The notes: generated by a model not told the origin, from the letters alone. Numbered from the whole stretch's first letter, positions 49,461 through 60,498 are shown. The stretch is 62,337 nt of DNA, filler included, from a bacterium (GCA_040757115.1; 9 parts of 9 records of this genome joined end to end with filler, not necessarily neighbours in it), one strand, 5' to 3'. Numbers and translations: made by a program.

Positions 49461-49808
49461 ATAGTCAGCTCGTCCATTCTGTATTGTAAACCCACTCAGA
49501 ACCGACTTAGTTCCCTCGCGAGAATTAAAGGTTACCACACTACCACTGGCATTGCCGTCAATTATGGCACTGGTTGTGCCATTTACGGATTGGACGGTGA
49601 TGGCTTTGCCCAGAAAATTGATGTTCTCAATATATGTCCCATCATCTACTAACACCGTATCTCCACCTATCGCCGCCGTAATTGCTGATTGAATAGTCGG
49701 ATACTCTGATGGAACATGCAATACACTTGCCTCTACCAGCACACCATAACTCACCATCACTACACTAAACCCTGCACTTTTCAAAACTCTTATCAATGTC
49801 TTTTTCAT
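48749..49808 (-). CDS. Secreted right-handed beta-helix repeat protein, 3'-truncated
   Basis: Signal peptide, VPSEYPTIQSAI, then repeats of SSP.ITNCTISGNSA...GGGIYC. Confidence 0.88.
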
Positions 49809-49993
49809 TTAATCTTAACCTCCTTTTTTCATAAGTAGAAAGTAGAGAGTAGAGAGATTTTGGGACAGGTCATTTTAGTGTGAAATCTTGCGGTCGAAAA
49901 AACCTGTTTTCCTTCACCTGATTACCGATTAATTGCTCTCTTACTTTCCTTACCCGGTGGTCAGTTTTACATCTGACCATTTTACAAAAAAGT

Positions 49994-50230
49994 GTAAGCG
50001 TTCAGGTGGTGTAACAAAAGGAGATGTGGAGATTAAGGAGATAGGGAGATATTATTAAAAAAATTGAAATTAATAGAAACTAATAGAAATTTATGGAAAT
50101 TTGTTGTTTTCCACAATCAATTTCTACCTATTTCTATAAATTTCAATCTATTTCTATTATCTTATCTCCATATCACTCTTATCTCCTTATCCCCTTTCTT
50201 ACACTTTTGATATATAGCCTGAACGGTTAC
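49994..50230 (+). mobile_element. GTAA-MITE A1, complete (237 bp)
   Basis: TIRs GTAAGCGTTCAGG/CCTGAACGGTTAC; 8-bp TSD AAAAAAGT. Confidence 0.92.
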
Positions 50231-50536
50231 AAAAAAGTTTTATCTCTTCATACTCATCACCTCCTTTTTATCCAGTTATTGTGAAAAATATTATTATATA
50301 GTATGCCACAGATATGGAATTATGTCAACAGAATTTTCTTCTGAAAATAATCCGCAGATTTCGCAGAGGACACAGATTTTTATTTTTTTATCTCCCTGCT
50401 GGCGGGGGATTAAGGGGTTAGGGGGTTCTTTTATTCCCGAATCCCGAGCCCCGAGTCCCGAGTCCCTTAATTTTCATCCCCCTTTGTGTCCACGCTGTGG
50501 ACATGACCGTTTCTCCTGAAGTTAGCGAACTTCCCT

Positions 50537-52399
50537 TTACATATTATCAATCAAGTAACCGAATTCTCTAAGTCTTTTTTTGACCTTGCCAAGATTGCTT
50601 TTATCAATAAGAATACAGTAGTCTTCCGCCTTTAAGATATATTTCTTTAATACCTCATCTGTGGCAATCAAAGAAATCAATTCTTTGTCTTTTTTCAATC
50701 TATAGACAGCCATTTTCTCCTCGCAGTTTAAAGGATTAATCTTTTCTAATATTTCATTCAAAAAATTATGCCAGATTTCAGGTAAATTTGAGGAAATTTG
50801 TCCTTTGAAAAACTCAACCTTTCGTTTTATATCTTCCTTAGAATTACAATCTTTAAAAAAGGATTCATAATCTACTTTATAATGATTATCGCTTATTGGA
50901 GTAGCTACCTTTTCCAAAACCATCCTTTTTAATCTATCAGTTCCTTCTATATGGATAATCAATCTCCTCTCATCAAGAATAATATTGGTTTTTTCTTCCT
51001 TAATCTCTACCTCATATTTTTCAATCAAACCTAAGATATAAGCCCCTAATTTTGTCAATCGGACATATTGCAACCCGTCATAAATAGAAAGATAGGGATG
51101 GTCTTTTTCTTGCAAAACTTCATTTTTGGGAAGATTATAGGCAATATCAACTATCCCAAAGGTGGCAAAAAGGAACATAACGGTCTTCACAAAAGGAACT
51201 ATAACGGCATCTTTATAAATCTCATTGGAAATACGAATATTTTCAAGGTAATGGCCATAAGTTCTCGGCGTCTCTCTGGTATAATAAAATTCCCATTTTG
51301 TGTGAATATTAATTAACTCTAAATAGATACCTTTAGCCCGGGCATATTTGACTAAATTTTCACAACAGACCCAGGAAGAGAGAGGAAGACCTCTTAAGAG
51401 TTCAAAAAGTGATTCTCTTACCTTTTGTTCTCTACCCTTGTAGTCATCATACTCAAAATAATATCCTTTATTTTTTAGATAAGACAACAATTGATGTAAT
51501 TGGTAGTTTTCAGAATTCTGGTTATAAAAGAAGCGGGTAAAGAGTTCTTTCAAAAATTCAGGTGAGGTATCAACATTTTTCAGCGGTATCTTCTGCAAAA
51601 GATTGATAATGAATCGAGTTTTTATATAGTCTAATTCCCTGTCCTGATGCTCATAAAACTCTTTTATCCCACAATAGGTAGCCATTTCTTTAAGTGCTGT
51701 CTTAAGAACCTTATCTCCAACTTTTAACTCACCATGTTTTAAATAGTTAGACCAAAGTTTTATTTGTCTTATTACCTCGTCATTATCTTCATAGAGAAAA
51801 TCTGTCTTCTCGATTTTATCAAGTGAAATCAACTCATACTCTTTTGGAAAAGGCAGGTGTTGTTTAAATATTTTTCTTAATGGCTCAGGAAGATAGAATG
51901 ACAACTTCGTTAAGGGATAATCATAGGTTGAGTGAATTGGAAATAGCAGATAATCGTTTTCAACACTTTCTGCTGGATTCTGATAGTAGCGTCTGTCTCC
52001 TTTTACTATCCTTATGTTAAGGTGTTTCTCAAGGTTTTCAAGTTTATGTTCTCCTCCCTCCCAGATGAGGATATGAAATAGTCTTTTTGCCTGAGGAGGC
52101 AGACACAAAACCAGTTTATTGAATAGTTCCCTGTCAGAATAAATTTTAGCCAGAGCCCTAACCAGAGTCAGTTTTTTTAAGTTACCTAAGTCCTTTTCAC
52201 TAAAAAAGTATCTTATATAGCGAGTGTATAATTTTTTAAGTATATCGGTAGGATATATCTTCTCGACCATTTTTTCTATCGGGTTCAATTCTGGTGGTGC
52301 TGGTTTTTGGGATGATTGCATATTTCTATAATGCGGTACTGATGACCTGAGTGATTCCATTTCCTCTATAATATCAATCCAATCTTGCTGATATATCAT
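50537..52399 (-). CDS. Hypothetical protein, SNF2-helicase-associated type
   Basis: 620-aa ORF with FGIVDIAY..P and YVRLTKLG.Y.LG; starts just after a SNF2-like C-terminal remnant. Confidence 0.6.
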   Translation of the reverse strand: MIYQQDWIDIIEEMESLRSSVPHYRNMQSSQKPAPPELNPIEKMVEKIYPTDILKKLYTRYIRYFFSEKDLGNLKKLTLVRALAKIYSDRELFNKLVLCLPPQAKRLFHILIWEGGEHKLENLEKHLNIRIVKGDRRYYQNPAESVENDYLLFPIHSTYDYPLTKLSFYLPEPLRKIFKQHLPFPKEYELISLDKIEKTDFLYEDNDEVIRQIKLWSNYLKHGELKVGDKVLKTALKEMATYCGIKEFYEHQDRELDYIKTRFIINLLQKIPLKNVDTSPEFLKELFTRFFYNQNSENYQLHQLLSYLKNKGYYFEYDDYKGREQKVRESLFELLRGLPLSSWVCCENLVKYARAKGIYLELINIHTKWEFYYTRETPRTYGHYLENIRISNEIYKDAVIVPFVKTVMFLFATFGIVDIAYNLPKNEVLQEKDHPYLSIYDGLQYVRLTKLGAYILGLIEKYEVEIKEEKTNIILDERRLIIHIEGTDRLKRMVLEKVATPISDNHYKVDYESFFKDCNSKEDIKRKVEFFKGQISSNLPEIWHNFLNEILEKINPLNCEEKMAVYRLKKDKELISLIATDEVLKKYILKAEDYCILIDKSNLGKVKKRLREFGYLIDNM

Positions 52400-52400
52400 C

Positions 52401-52740
52401 TCATCCTCCTAATACAAACTCTATATCTTGATTATCCAGGGGTAACCGTTCAGGCTATATATCAAAAGTGTAAGAAAGGGGATAAGGAGATAAGAGTGAT
52501 ATGGAGATAAGATAATAGAATATAGATTGAAATTTATAGAAATAGGTAGAATTTGATTGTGGAAAACAACAAATTTCCATAAATTTCTATTAGTTTCTAC
52601 TAATTTCAATTTTTTTTAATAATATCTCCATAATCCCCATATCTCCTTTTCTTACACCACCTGAACGCTTACATCCAGGGTTTTCAGTGACAATCCATCA
52701 CTTGAAATCAAAGACTCAAAAAGCACCTTTTTCCTCTTTT
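52401..52740 (-). pseudogene. SNF2-family helicase C-terminal remnant interrupted by a MITE
   Basis: Removing the MITE gives KRKKVLFESLISSDGLSLKTLDNQDIEFVLGG*. Confidence 0.6.
52442..52672 (-). mobile_element. GTAA-MITE A1, complete
   Basis: 8-bp TSD ATCCAGGG. Confidence 0.92.
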
Positions 52741-52830
52741 CGTAACTATTTGTAACAAAGGAAAAAGGGGAAAATCAGGGAAAATAGCCACTCCTTACTA
52801 TTTTCAAACTCAGGCACTTATTAGGCAAGT

Positions 52831-53766
52831 CTATCCTGAATCTGGCCTCCAGATTCTGATAATAAACTCTTGCTCCCTCTCTTCAAAATCAGGCTCTTTG
52901 CCGGTCTGTTCTTTTACAAGCCTAATCATCCTAGGAATACCAGTTCCAATCTCTGTCATCCTGTGCTCTTTAGCTAACAAGGAAACGATAAGGGGATTCC
53001 GATGGAGAGGGAATCCTAACTTAATATTATCAATAGTAACTGAATTAGGGAGTTTGCCCGGGCTTTTTATCTCTATTCTATTGTCAAAGATAAATATTCT
53101 GTTCTGGGACGGCAGTTGATAATTTCGATGGGCAATGGCATTTATGACCGCTTCTCTTAAGGCTTCAATTGGGATTTCAAATCGAGGTTCTTCCTTTTTA
53201 AAACCCTCTATCTTTGTTTCGGCTCTTAAATAATCCTTTAAGATTCTCTCTGTCCTTTCAATCTGCTCAATAAGTATTCCTTCTATATCCTTCTTATCAA
53301 AGGTTTCGCCAATGTCATTACCGTAAAACCGCACTATCGTTATCTTACAGTAGGGAAACTGATATTCCGGATGCTTTCCAAAGAAAAGCAATCCTCCAAT
53401 AGTAGTAACCATATCCCTTTCATAAGGGGTTAATATCTTCATATTTTTTAAGAGGTCGTCAGTCCTTATCCCAAAATCTCCAATTCCACAGCCAAAAGAT
53501 TTCTTTATAAACCTTTCAACATATTTAAGGTCTATATCCTCAATAGAGGTATTGGGAACAGCCAACTCGTCGTAATATATAGACTTAGATGCTTCAAATA
53601 GTCGCATAAGTTGTTCTCTGCTTGTTATTAGATTTCCCCCTTCTGTATTGGCAAAGGCAACTATTCTAGCCGCCAGGTCATCAGGATGAGCCTTTTCTTC
53701 TTTGAATTCGGTAAAAGAATCCTCACCCTTTTTGATTATCTCTAACAACTCAATCTTATTCATCAT
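52831..53766 (-). CDS. AlbA_2/Schlafen plus HATPase_c_4 (RecG-C-like) protein with an internal deletion
   Basis: GEDSFTEFK, VAFANTEGG, REAVINAIAHRNY, RIEIKSPG and GTGI motifs. Confidence 0.8.
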   Translation of the reverse strand: MMNKIELLEIIKKGEDSFTEFKEEKAHPDDLAARIVAFANTEGGNLITSREQLMRLFEASKSIYYDELAVPNTSIEDIDLKYVERFIKKSFGCGIGDFGIRTDDLLKNMKILTPYERDMVTTIGGLLFFGKHPEYQFPYCKITIVRFYGNDIGETFDKKDIEGILIEQIERTERILKDYLRAETKIEGFKKEEPRFEIPIEALREAVINAIAHRNYQLPSQNRIFIFDNRIEIKSPGKLPNSVTIDNIKLGFPLHRNPLIVSLLAKEHRMTEIGTGIPRMIRLVKEQTGKEPDFEEREQEFIIRIWRPDSG

Positions 53767-53915
53767 AACCTCCTAAAATCATTCAAAACCTATATGTTAT
53801 GTTCTGATTCTATCAATAGATTTTCGACGATATTGCTTCCTTCTTCATCCTTTAAATATACTATACATCATAGTCTTAATTTATGCAAGTAATTTTTTTT
53901 GCAAAAAAGAAGTAG

Positions 53916-53964
53916 TTGACAATCTGAAGATTATGTGGTATATTCTAATTAGGACATATGTATT
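53916..53964 (+). promoter_or_regulatory. lexA promoter with candidate operator
   Basis: TTGACA-17 nt-TATATT, then AGGACATATGTATT with palindromic core ACATATGT. Confidence 0.5.
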
Positions 53965-53986
53965 ATAATAATTGGAGGTGATGATA

Positions 53987-54613
53987 ATGGCAAAGGAATT
54001 AACCGAAAAACAGCAGCAGGTATTAGACTATATCATTGAGAATATTCAAAGATGTGGTTATCCACCTACGGTAAGAGAGATACAGAGTCATTTGGGACTA
54101 AAATCTCCCTGTGCACCTTTTGTCCATCTCAAGGCGTTAGAGGAGAAAGGCTACCTCAGAAAAATCCCAACCAAACCCAGAGCTATAGAATTGTTGGTTG
54201 AGCATAAAAGACAAAGTTTAGAGGATGAGTATGTGAAGGTTCCAAAACTAGGAAGGATTCAGGCAGGTTTACCGTTACTTGCTTTAGAGAATATTGAAGG
54301 TGAGATTATCCTGGGTAAGGATTTAGTCAGGACTAATAAATGTTTTGCTCTCAAGATAGAAGGGGATAGTATGATTGAGGCAGGGATTTTACCAGGGGAT
54401 TATGTCATTGTCGGGAGACAAAAGATAGCCGATAATGGAGATATAGTTGTGGCACTTATTAGAGGAGAGGATACTACCGTGAAATATTATTATTTTAAAA
54501 GCACATCATTGGTGAGATTAGAGCCAGCGAATTCTAAGATGGAACCAATACTGGTATCTGCAGAGGATATAAAGATTGCGGGGAAAGTCATTGGTTTGTA
54601 TAGAAGATTTTAG
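53987..54613 (+). CDS. lexA: LexA repressor
   Basis: GYPPTVREI, HL.ALE.KGY, G.IQAG cleavage site, GDSM (Ser) and TVK (Lys) motifs. Confidence 0.93.
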   Translation: MAKELTEKQQQVLDYIIENIQRCGYPPTVREIQSHLGLKSPCAPFVHLKALEEKGYLRKIPTKPRAIELLVEHKRQSLEDEYVKVPKLGRIQAGLPLLALENIEGEIILGKDLVRTNKCFALKIEGDSMIEAGILPGDYVIVGRQKIADNGDIVVALIRGEDTTVKYYYFKSTSLVRLEPANSKMEPILVSAEDIKIAGKVIGLYRRF

Positions 54614-54729
54614 AAGAAAGATACTTTTGATATGTATAGGAATTTCCTTTGGGGACGCAAATGAACGCAGATTTACAGGATTTAAATTTTTATTATCCTG
54701 ATAATCTGGGTTTATCTGCGTCCCATAAA

Positions 54730-54865
54730 GAAGATTTGAAATGTACGGAATGTGGTGGTAATATGCGGATTGTTGAGATTGTCTGCAAAGAAGAGGATAT
54801 TGAGGGAATCCTAAAGACTATGCCAGGGGCTAAGAGATGGTTTTATAATGGTTCCTGTCATAGTC
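54730..54865 (+). pseudogene. IS91-like transposase C-terminal remnant (related piece at 15456-15545, minus strand)
   Basis: LKCTECGGNMRIVEIV...DIEGILKTMPGAKRWFYNGS, shared between two contigs. Confidence 0.45.
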
Positions 54866-54891
54866 TTCAGGATTTACTGCAATCTTTTAAA

Positions 54892-55225
54892 GAGGGGGTT
54901 GAAAAAGTCCTCGCACCCAACAAGGGATTAAAACTAATAAGTAATTATTCCTTGACAATTTCTCATCTACTCTCACCTAAGAATTTTTTAATTTTTTTTT
55001 ATTTAATAGAGAGATAAATAAACTCGTGGCAAAAAGACCATACTGGTTTTTTCTTTAGTTAGTCTTCAAAGGAGAGATGAGGAAAAAGAAAGAGTAAGAA
55101 AAATAAAAAGTAAGGATAAAAAGGAGAGGTTCAAATTCAAAGAGGTAGGCAGTTTTGCAGTTTTTAGAAAATTCACCCCCAAAAACTACCCCCCTTTCCT
55201 AAAAAATGACTTTTTCAACACCCTC
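54892..55225 (+). mobile_element. Non-autonomous element with GAGGG(G/T)GTTGAAAAAGTC TIRs
   Basis: Left GAGGGGGTTGAAAAAGTC, right GACTTTTTCAACACCCTC. Confidence 0.75.
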
Positions 55226-55270
55226 CTAAAAATTTATTGACAAAGATAGAAGTTTAGTATATACTCATAG

Positions 55271-55508
55271 ATGATGAAGAAGAAATGGCATCCGTATTTC
55301 TCAAATGTATTAAAACATCTACTCGAACCTAAAGGGTTTAGTGTTGAAACAGAGGTTGAAGTTGGCAAAATGCCATTAAGGATAGATATTGTGGTCATTA
55401 AAAAGGGCAAGGATGCGGATGTTAAATCTTTACCTCTTGTATTCCAATCATTTACTGATTATAATGTTATTGAATATAAATCACCTGGGGATAGATTCAC
55501 CCGGAATG
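55271..55508 (+). CDS. PD-(D/E)XK-like protein, N-terminal part
   Basis: WH..F, E.EVGKMPLRIDIVVIKK and NVIEYKSPGD motifs; truncated by the contig end. Confidence 0.65.
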
Positions 55509-55741
55509 NNNNNNNNNNNNNNNNNNNNNNNNNNNNNNNNNNNNNNNNNNNNTTAATTAATTAANNNNNNNNNNNNNNNNNNNNNNNNNNNNNNNNNNNN
55601 NNNNNNNNTTCCACAATCAATTTCTACCTATTTCTATAAATTTCAATCTATTTCTATTATCTTATCTCCATATCACTCTTATCTCCTTATCCCCTTTCTT
55701 ACACTTTTGATATATAGCCTGAACGGTTACCTTTTAAGGAA

Positions 55742-56191
55742 TCAATGCGTTAATTTTCGCTGAGAATTGCTGATTCTTTTTATAGACGGTATTAAGTCAA
55801 AGTCTTCGTCGTATGAAAAAATATCTGAAAGATTATTATTAAGCATATAATTGATAATAAAAGAATCGTTGTAGTTAAGTAGTCCCTTATGTTCTTTTAA
55901 GGTAGTCATTATTGAAAAATGATATGATTTTATATATTCACTTACCCATAAAATTTTGTCAAAATAAACTGTTTCCATTTTTGATAGGGCAACTATAAAA
56001 TTTTCTGGTTGGTTTTTACTTTCAAAACGTTTAGCCAAAACATTAATTGATTCATTAATAACAATATCTAAAATAATGAAGTTGGTATTTTCAGGTAAAT
56101 TGGTCAAAATTTCTTTTGTGGTTTTAAACCATTTGTCATTTTCATCAATAATGGAAATCAATACATTTGTGTCAAGAATTATATTATTCAT
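55742..56191 (-). CDS. VapC/PIN toxin
   Basis: IILDTNV, INE..NV, LNYNDS.I and SYDEDFD motifs. Confidence 0.85.
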   Translation of the reverse strand: MNNIILDTNVLISIIDENDKWFKTTKEILTNLPENTNFIILDIVINESINVLAKRFESKNQPENFIVALSKMETVYFDKILWVSEYIKSYHFSIMTTLKEHKGLLNYNDSFIINYMLNNNLSDIFSYDEDFDLIPSIKRISNSQRKLTH

Positions 56192-56417
56192 TATATATAT
56201 CCTCACATTCTTTGACAGCATCTCCGCCTACTGCACAAACAGTTCCTTTTTTAAGTAATTCTTTAGTTGAAATTCCTGGGACTTTTTTTTGCTCAGATAT
56301 ATCAGTTCTAAGTGAATATTTAGCCACTAAATAACCATAGAAATCAAATAATTCCTGTTTGGCAATTGGCGGAAGGATAGAAACATTAAAATTGTCTATA
56401 TATTCAACGGTTTGCAT
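56184..56417 (-). CDS. Antitoxin-like protein
   Basis: LPP.AKQELFDF..YL..KY; overlaps the PIN gene start. Confidence 0.7.
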   Translation of the reverse strand: MQTVEYIDNFNVSILPPIAKQELFDFYGYLVAKYSLRTDISEQKKVPGISTKELLKKGTVCAVGGDAVKECEDIYNE

Positions 56418-56502
56418 TGAATGCCCTCCTTATCAAAAATCAACTTGTTAAATATATTATAACCTTATAAGATAGAAAAGTCAATAAAAATATATTAAAT
56501 GC

Positions 56503-56753
56503 CTGTGATTCAGACACTGGACATCAGACACAAGACTATAGATTCTATTTATGCAGGAAATTAGTGACATTTGGGAAACCATCCTCAAAACTTCACTCCC
56601 TGAATTTTTCCTAAGCCTTACCTATAATCAGTGACTATGTCAGTGTCAGTATCAGTTAAGGAAATGTTTTCAACACTTCCAACTCTTCCAACATTCTTCT
56701 GCAATTTCTGCCCGCTTTAGTCTGATGTCTATAATCTACTGTCTGAATCACAG
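56503..56753. mobile_element. MITE with 14-bp TIR and 10-bp TSD
   Basis: CTGTGATTCAGACA/TGTCTGAATCACAG; TSD TATTAAATGC. Confidence 0.88.
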
Positions 56754-57172
56754 TATTAAATGCCACTGATTCAGAAATGCGGTTGCAAAATTTGTAAGTG
56801 TTCAATTGGTGTAAGAAAGGAGATAGGGAGAGAACAGAGGAAGATAACTGACATTATCCGAAAAATATAACTTTGTAACCGTTCACCGCAAGATGCCGCA
56901 GAGACGCAGAGAAAAAAATTAAAATCTATTCACCAGAGACAGAAATTTCCTTTTTTTTGTGCATTTCGGGTCTTTCGTTGTTTATTAATCTTTTAATACG
57001 GACTTTCGACTAACTGTTTTTAAGCCTTTTTAAACACCGAAAAACACGAAAAAGACGAAAAAAAAGATATTTTCCTCTCTGCGAACTCTTGCGTCTCTGC
57101 GGTGAATTACTATCTGAACAGTTACCCGTTGTCTCTGGTGGTCGGCGGCAACAAGTTGTCAGGCGGTTCTCT

Positions 57173-57580
57173 TTACGGCAAGAAGTGAGGTTCATCCCTG
57201 ATAGCATCCAAACACTCATCTAAAGATAACTCGGTGTAGAGCTCCCACCATTGTTGTGTGTGTCTCATGTATGAAAGATTAAAACATTCATTGCCAATAT
57301 ATTCCAGACGAGCAAATTTTGCCTCAAAAAATGGTGAAATGGCATATGGACCAGGACAGGCATACTTTGCACAAAAATAAAAATAGTTTCGATACCATTT
57401 CGAGTAAATATCTACGATGTAGTTATATCGCTCATCTTTAGAAGGAACCTTGATGTGATTCGGTTTCAGAACAGTCTCAATGAGATTGTTTGCCTTTGTC
57501 TCCACATTCGCCTTAACGGCATCTGGTACCCTGGGTTTAGATTGTTTTGAAGCACTGAAGCCCCACATTTTTATTGCCAT
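57173..57580 (-). CDS. Hypothetical protein, probable former integron cassette gene
   Basis: GGAGG RBS; FARLEY...F.LSYMRHT..W; followed by a truncated attC-like GCCTGACAACTTGTTGCCGCCGAC. Confidence 0.7.
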   Translation of the reverse strand: MAIKMWGFSASKQSKPRVPDAVKANVETKANNLIETVLKPNHIKVPSKDERYNYIVDIYSKWYRNYFYFCAKYACPGPYAISPFFEAKFARLEYIGNECFNLSYMRHTQQWWELYTELSLDECLDAIRDEPHFLP

Positions 57581-57764
57581 GTTTACCTCCTCCTGGGAAA
57601 AAACTGTAATTCAAGGATTATTCTGATAGCCTGAAGTCAGGTGTAACTGTTCAGCCACGGATGAACGCGGATGAAACAGGGAAAATCTCGCTACAGGGGA
57701 CATGCCTGCAATTAGGGTTGGAGGGACAAACCCTGTCCTTACACTTCCGCCTTCTGTCCTCTCT

Positions 57765-57987
57765 TATTTATCCGTGCTAATCCGTGTTAATCAGTGGTTG
57801 AATAGTTACAGATTTTTTAATAGGGACTCGATAGTTAGGTGATATAGGGTTTTGAGATATATTACCATAGTGTTAAACAAATGTCAATAATTATTTTTTG
57901 AAAAATGTTGACATAAAATTGATTCAACTTATAAACACGAACTTGATGCGTTGCTAACTCTAAATTTTTAGACTCCTGAGCCTGTCA
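57765..57987 (+). repeat. ~220-bp direct repeat (second copy at ~61500-61723)
   Basis: MITE right end plus ~175 bp of near-identical flank. Confidence 0.85.
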
Positions 57988-58047
57988 GGAACAGGCTTTT
58001 AAAAAATCACAGTTTGTGAGCTTTTAAACTATAATAATTTCTCTTAT

Positions 58048-60297
58048 TTAGAGACCTGCAGGGATAAGAAGTATTTCACAATCAGGTGTTTCTGGAATAG
58101 CTTCAAGATTTCCCACATTATCAGATGCCCTTGAGTAAAACCTATATCTATGGTTATATTTCCCTCTGTAGGTATAAGAACCGGTTGAGGTGGCAACATA
58201 AATCGGGGCATAAGGACTTTCATTATCTGAACAATAGATGGTATAGTTTCTAATTCCAGAGCCATTTAGGTCATCAGAACCTGCCCAGCAAAGATTGAAG
58301 CTTTTAGAGGTAATAGTTGCAGGAAGGGGATTCATCGAGCTGGTTGGTATGCCTGAGTCAATGGTGTTGAATACCTCTGGTGTATCCAATGGAGGGTTTA
58401 TATCAAAGACAATGGATGCTTTGTTTTTAATTTGAGTTCCGGATGGAAGGTTATTTTTAGGTTTGATGCTAAAACTTACCCAGCCCTCTCCATTTGGAGG
58501 ATTGCTATTTGGTGGAAGGAGGTCAGAAAGCTCATTTGTGCTTAAATCCCTTCCTTCCAGCCTAAATTGAAGGGTTTCTGTGGCAGAAAGCGATGCCTGA
58601 ATATTAAGCCTTACTGTGTCTGTTTCTGGTGTTCCACCACTCCATGTTCCAGGATAAAATATGGTTGAGGTTGAGATTTGCTGAGTATCTTCTGGCAGGT
58701 CAATTACCATACCTCCGATGCAGATATTATTGAATATAAGGGTTGAGGTATCAAGATTAGGAGAAAGCTGGTCGCTAATCTTGATTTCTTGTGCATATGC
58801 CGTAGCAGTGGGAAGGTTTTCGAAGAAGACCATATAGCTTAGTGGAACATCCGCTGGAATAAACCGCTTGCACTGAGTCTGTGGTGTTCCTTCAGGGTCA
58901 AAGCCTGTGGGACTGGCTTTATCGTTGGGGTCAATAGATTGAACAACCTCCTTCTCTTCTTCTTTGCCATTTGGAGGTGTACATTTCAAAAAAAGTCCTA
59001 TAAAATCTCGTAACTTTTTAAATTTATACTCAAGCCAATAATACTGGGATAGTTCCATTAACCATATGGTTGGCCACGCAAGATATCCTTCCCAATATGG
59101 ACTAATAGTTATAAAATGTAGAAATGTTACCCTTGGACTATCATACCATCTAATGCCTTTTTGGCTAAACACTCCAGCGAGTAATTCATTGACAAAAGTA
59201 TTACAATTTTTGTATTTACCACCGATAAAAGGGTTGTTATCCTTGAGAATTGCATAGTCTCCCGTTTCTCCTAACCGTCCTCGAGCTCTTCTCACAATCT
59301 CTTCCCCTGCTTCAAGTGTATAACCGGGCCATGTCCATGCACCAAAGTATGACCTTCCACCATCTAATTTCCTCAGCCAAACCTTATACCGTACACATTT
59401 GAAGGAACTATAACCCTCCTCGGTGTCTAGTTTAATGTTTCTCCATTTCCTACATAAATCCCTGTATGCATTGTTACCCCCATCAAATCCCAATATACTA
59501 TTGCACCTATAGGAGGCTCTGTGCCGGGGGGATAATAATATGCATATTCGTTATACTCTTTGCTTTGTAGTTATAGCAAAGGAAGTAGAATATTTTTCTT
59601 GGGGAATTTGAAACTCCGAGGCTAAAGAGATTATTTGAGTCTACATTTTAACCTTGCCCAATTGGTAAGTTTTAAGATAGAAAGTAAACTCTTTTGAGCT
59701 TTCCATCGGCATGACAGGAACGGGCACTACAAGTGAATATTCATCCGATGATAAATAATCCTGTGAAAATTGTTCAAAACTTGGCAAGTTAACTTTAAAA
59801 TAGCATCCTGAAGAGAATTTAATAATGATGTAGCAATCCAAAGCTAAAGCATTTCCTATATTTCCAAATTTGACCATATAGGTGGCAGGACGACCTACCC
59901 TTATTTGATCCGGACCAATAACTTGTACCCACAGATTTGGCTCCCTAAGCAAAGAGGGATTAGGAGAAAGGTTATATTCACTCAAATCCTCTCCTTCCAA
60001 ATGGAGACTAACCGCCTCTCTTAAATTCTTAATTGCCTCTTCCACTGTTTCGCCTTGGGTTACTACATCAATCTCTATACATTGAGCCACCCAACACCTT
60101 TCGCCCTTTTCAATATAAGCTTTAATTGTGTTGTGTATCAATTGTTCACCTCCAAACCTTTCTTTGTTATATCACTATTTGTTCCCGCATTTATTGCAAG
60201 TTGGATTGACTGTCCTGGATTAACATTCCAATCCGTTGCCATTGCCTCATCTCCCCAAATTAGCCCTAAAACCACTAACGCCAATAGCTTCTTCATC
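58048..60297 (-). pseudogene. Fragmented large secreted protein (signal peptide, Ig-like parts, LRAT-like domain, SIDPNDK module, FN3-like end)
   Basis: MKKLLALVVL.. signal; PNLWVQVIGP..IRVGR; VVQSIDPNDK; NKASIVFD.NPP; YRFYSRASDNVGN. Stops and frameshifts separate the parts. Confidence 0.7.
59641..60141 (-). CDS. HicB-like antitoxin fused in frame to a surface-protein fragment
   Basis: WVAQCIEIDVVTQGETVEEAIKNLREAVSLHLE followed by REPNLWVQVIGP. Confidence 0.7.
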   Translation of the reverse strand: MIHNTIKAYIEKGERCWVAQCIEIDVVTQGETVEEAIKNLREAVSLHLEGEDLSEYNLSPNPSLLREPNLWVQVIGPDQIRVGRPATYMVKFGNIGNALALDCYIIIKFSSGCYFKVNLPSFEQFSQDYLSSDEYSLVVPVPVMPMESSKEFTFYLKTYQLGKVKM

Positions 60298-60498
60298 TTA
60301 CATTGTCTCTTTACTACCCCGTCAGACCTTACGGTCTGACACCCCTTCAAGGAAGGGGAATTTCCCTCATTCCCTCCCAGAAGGGTGTCCCGAAAGGACG
60401 TGGTGTGGAGAGGGGTGTCTGCGTCAGCAGACGGAGTGTTCCAATCTCCCTTCTGTACTTAAGTAAAACATTAAAATCTGAACAGATAACAACAACCA

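Noticed and set aside
48701-49495. 264-aa alternative-frame ORF and other overlapping or antisense ORFs (for example 46511..47038)
   Set aside because: Shadows of repetitive or conserved real genes.
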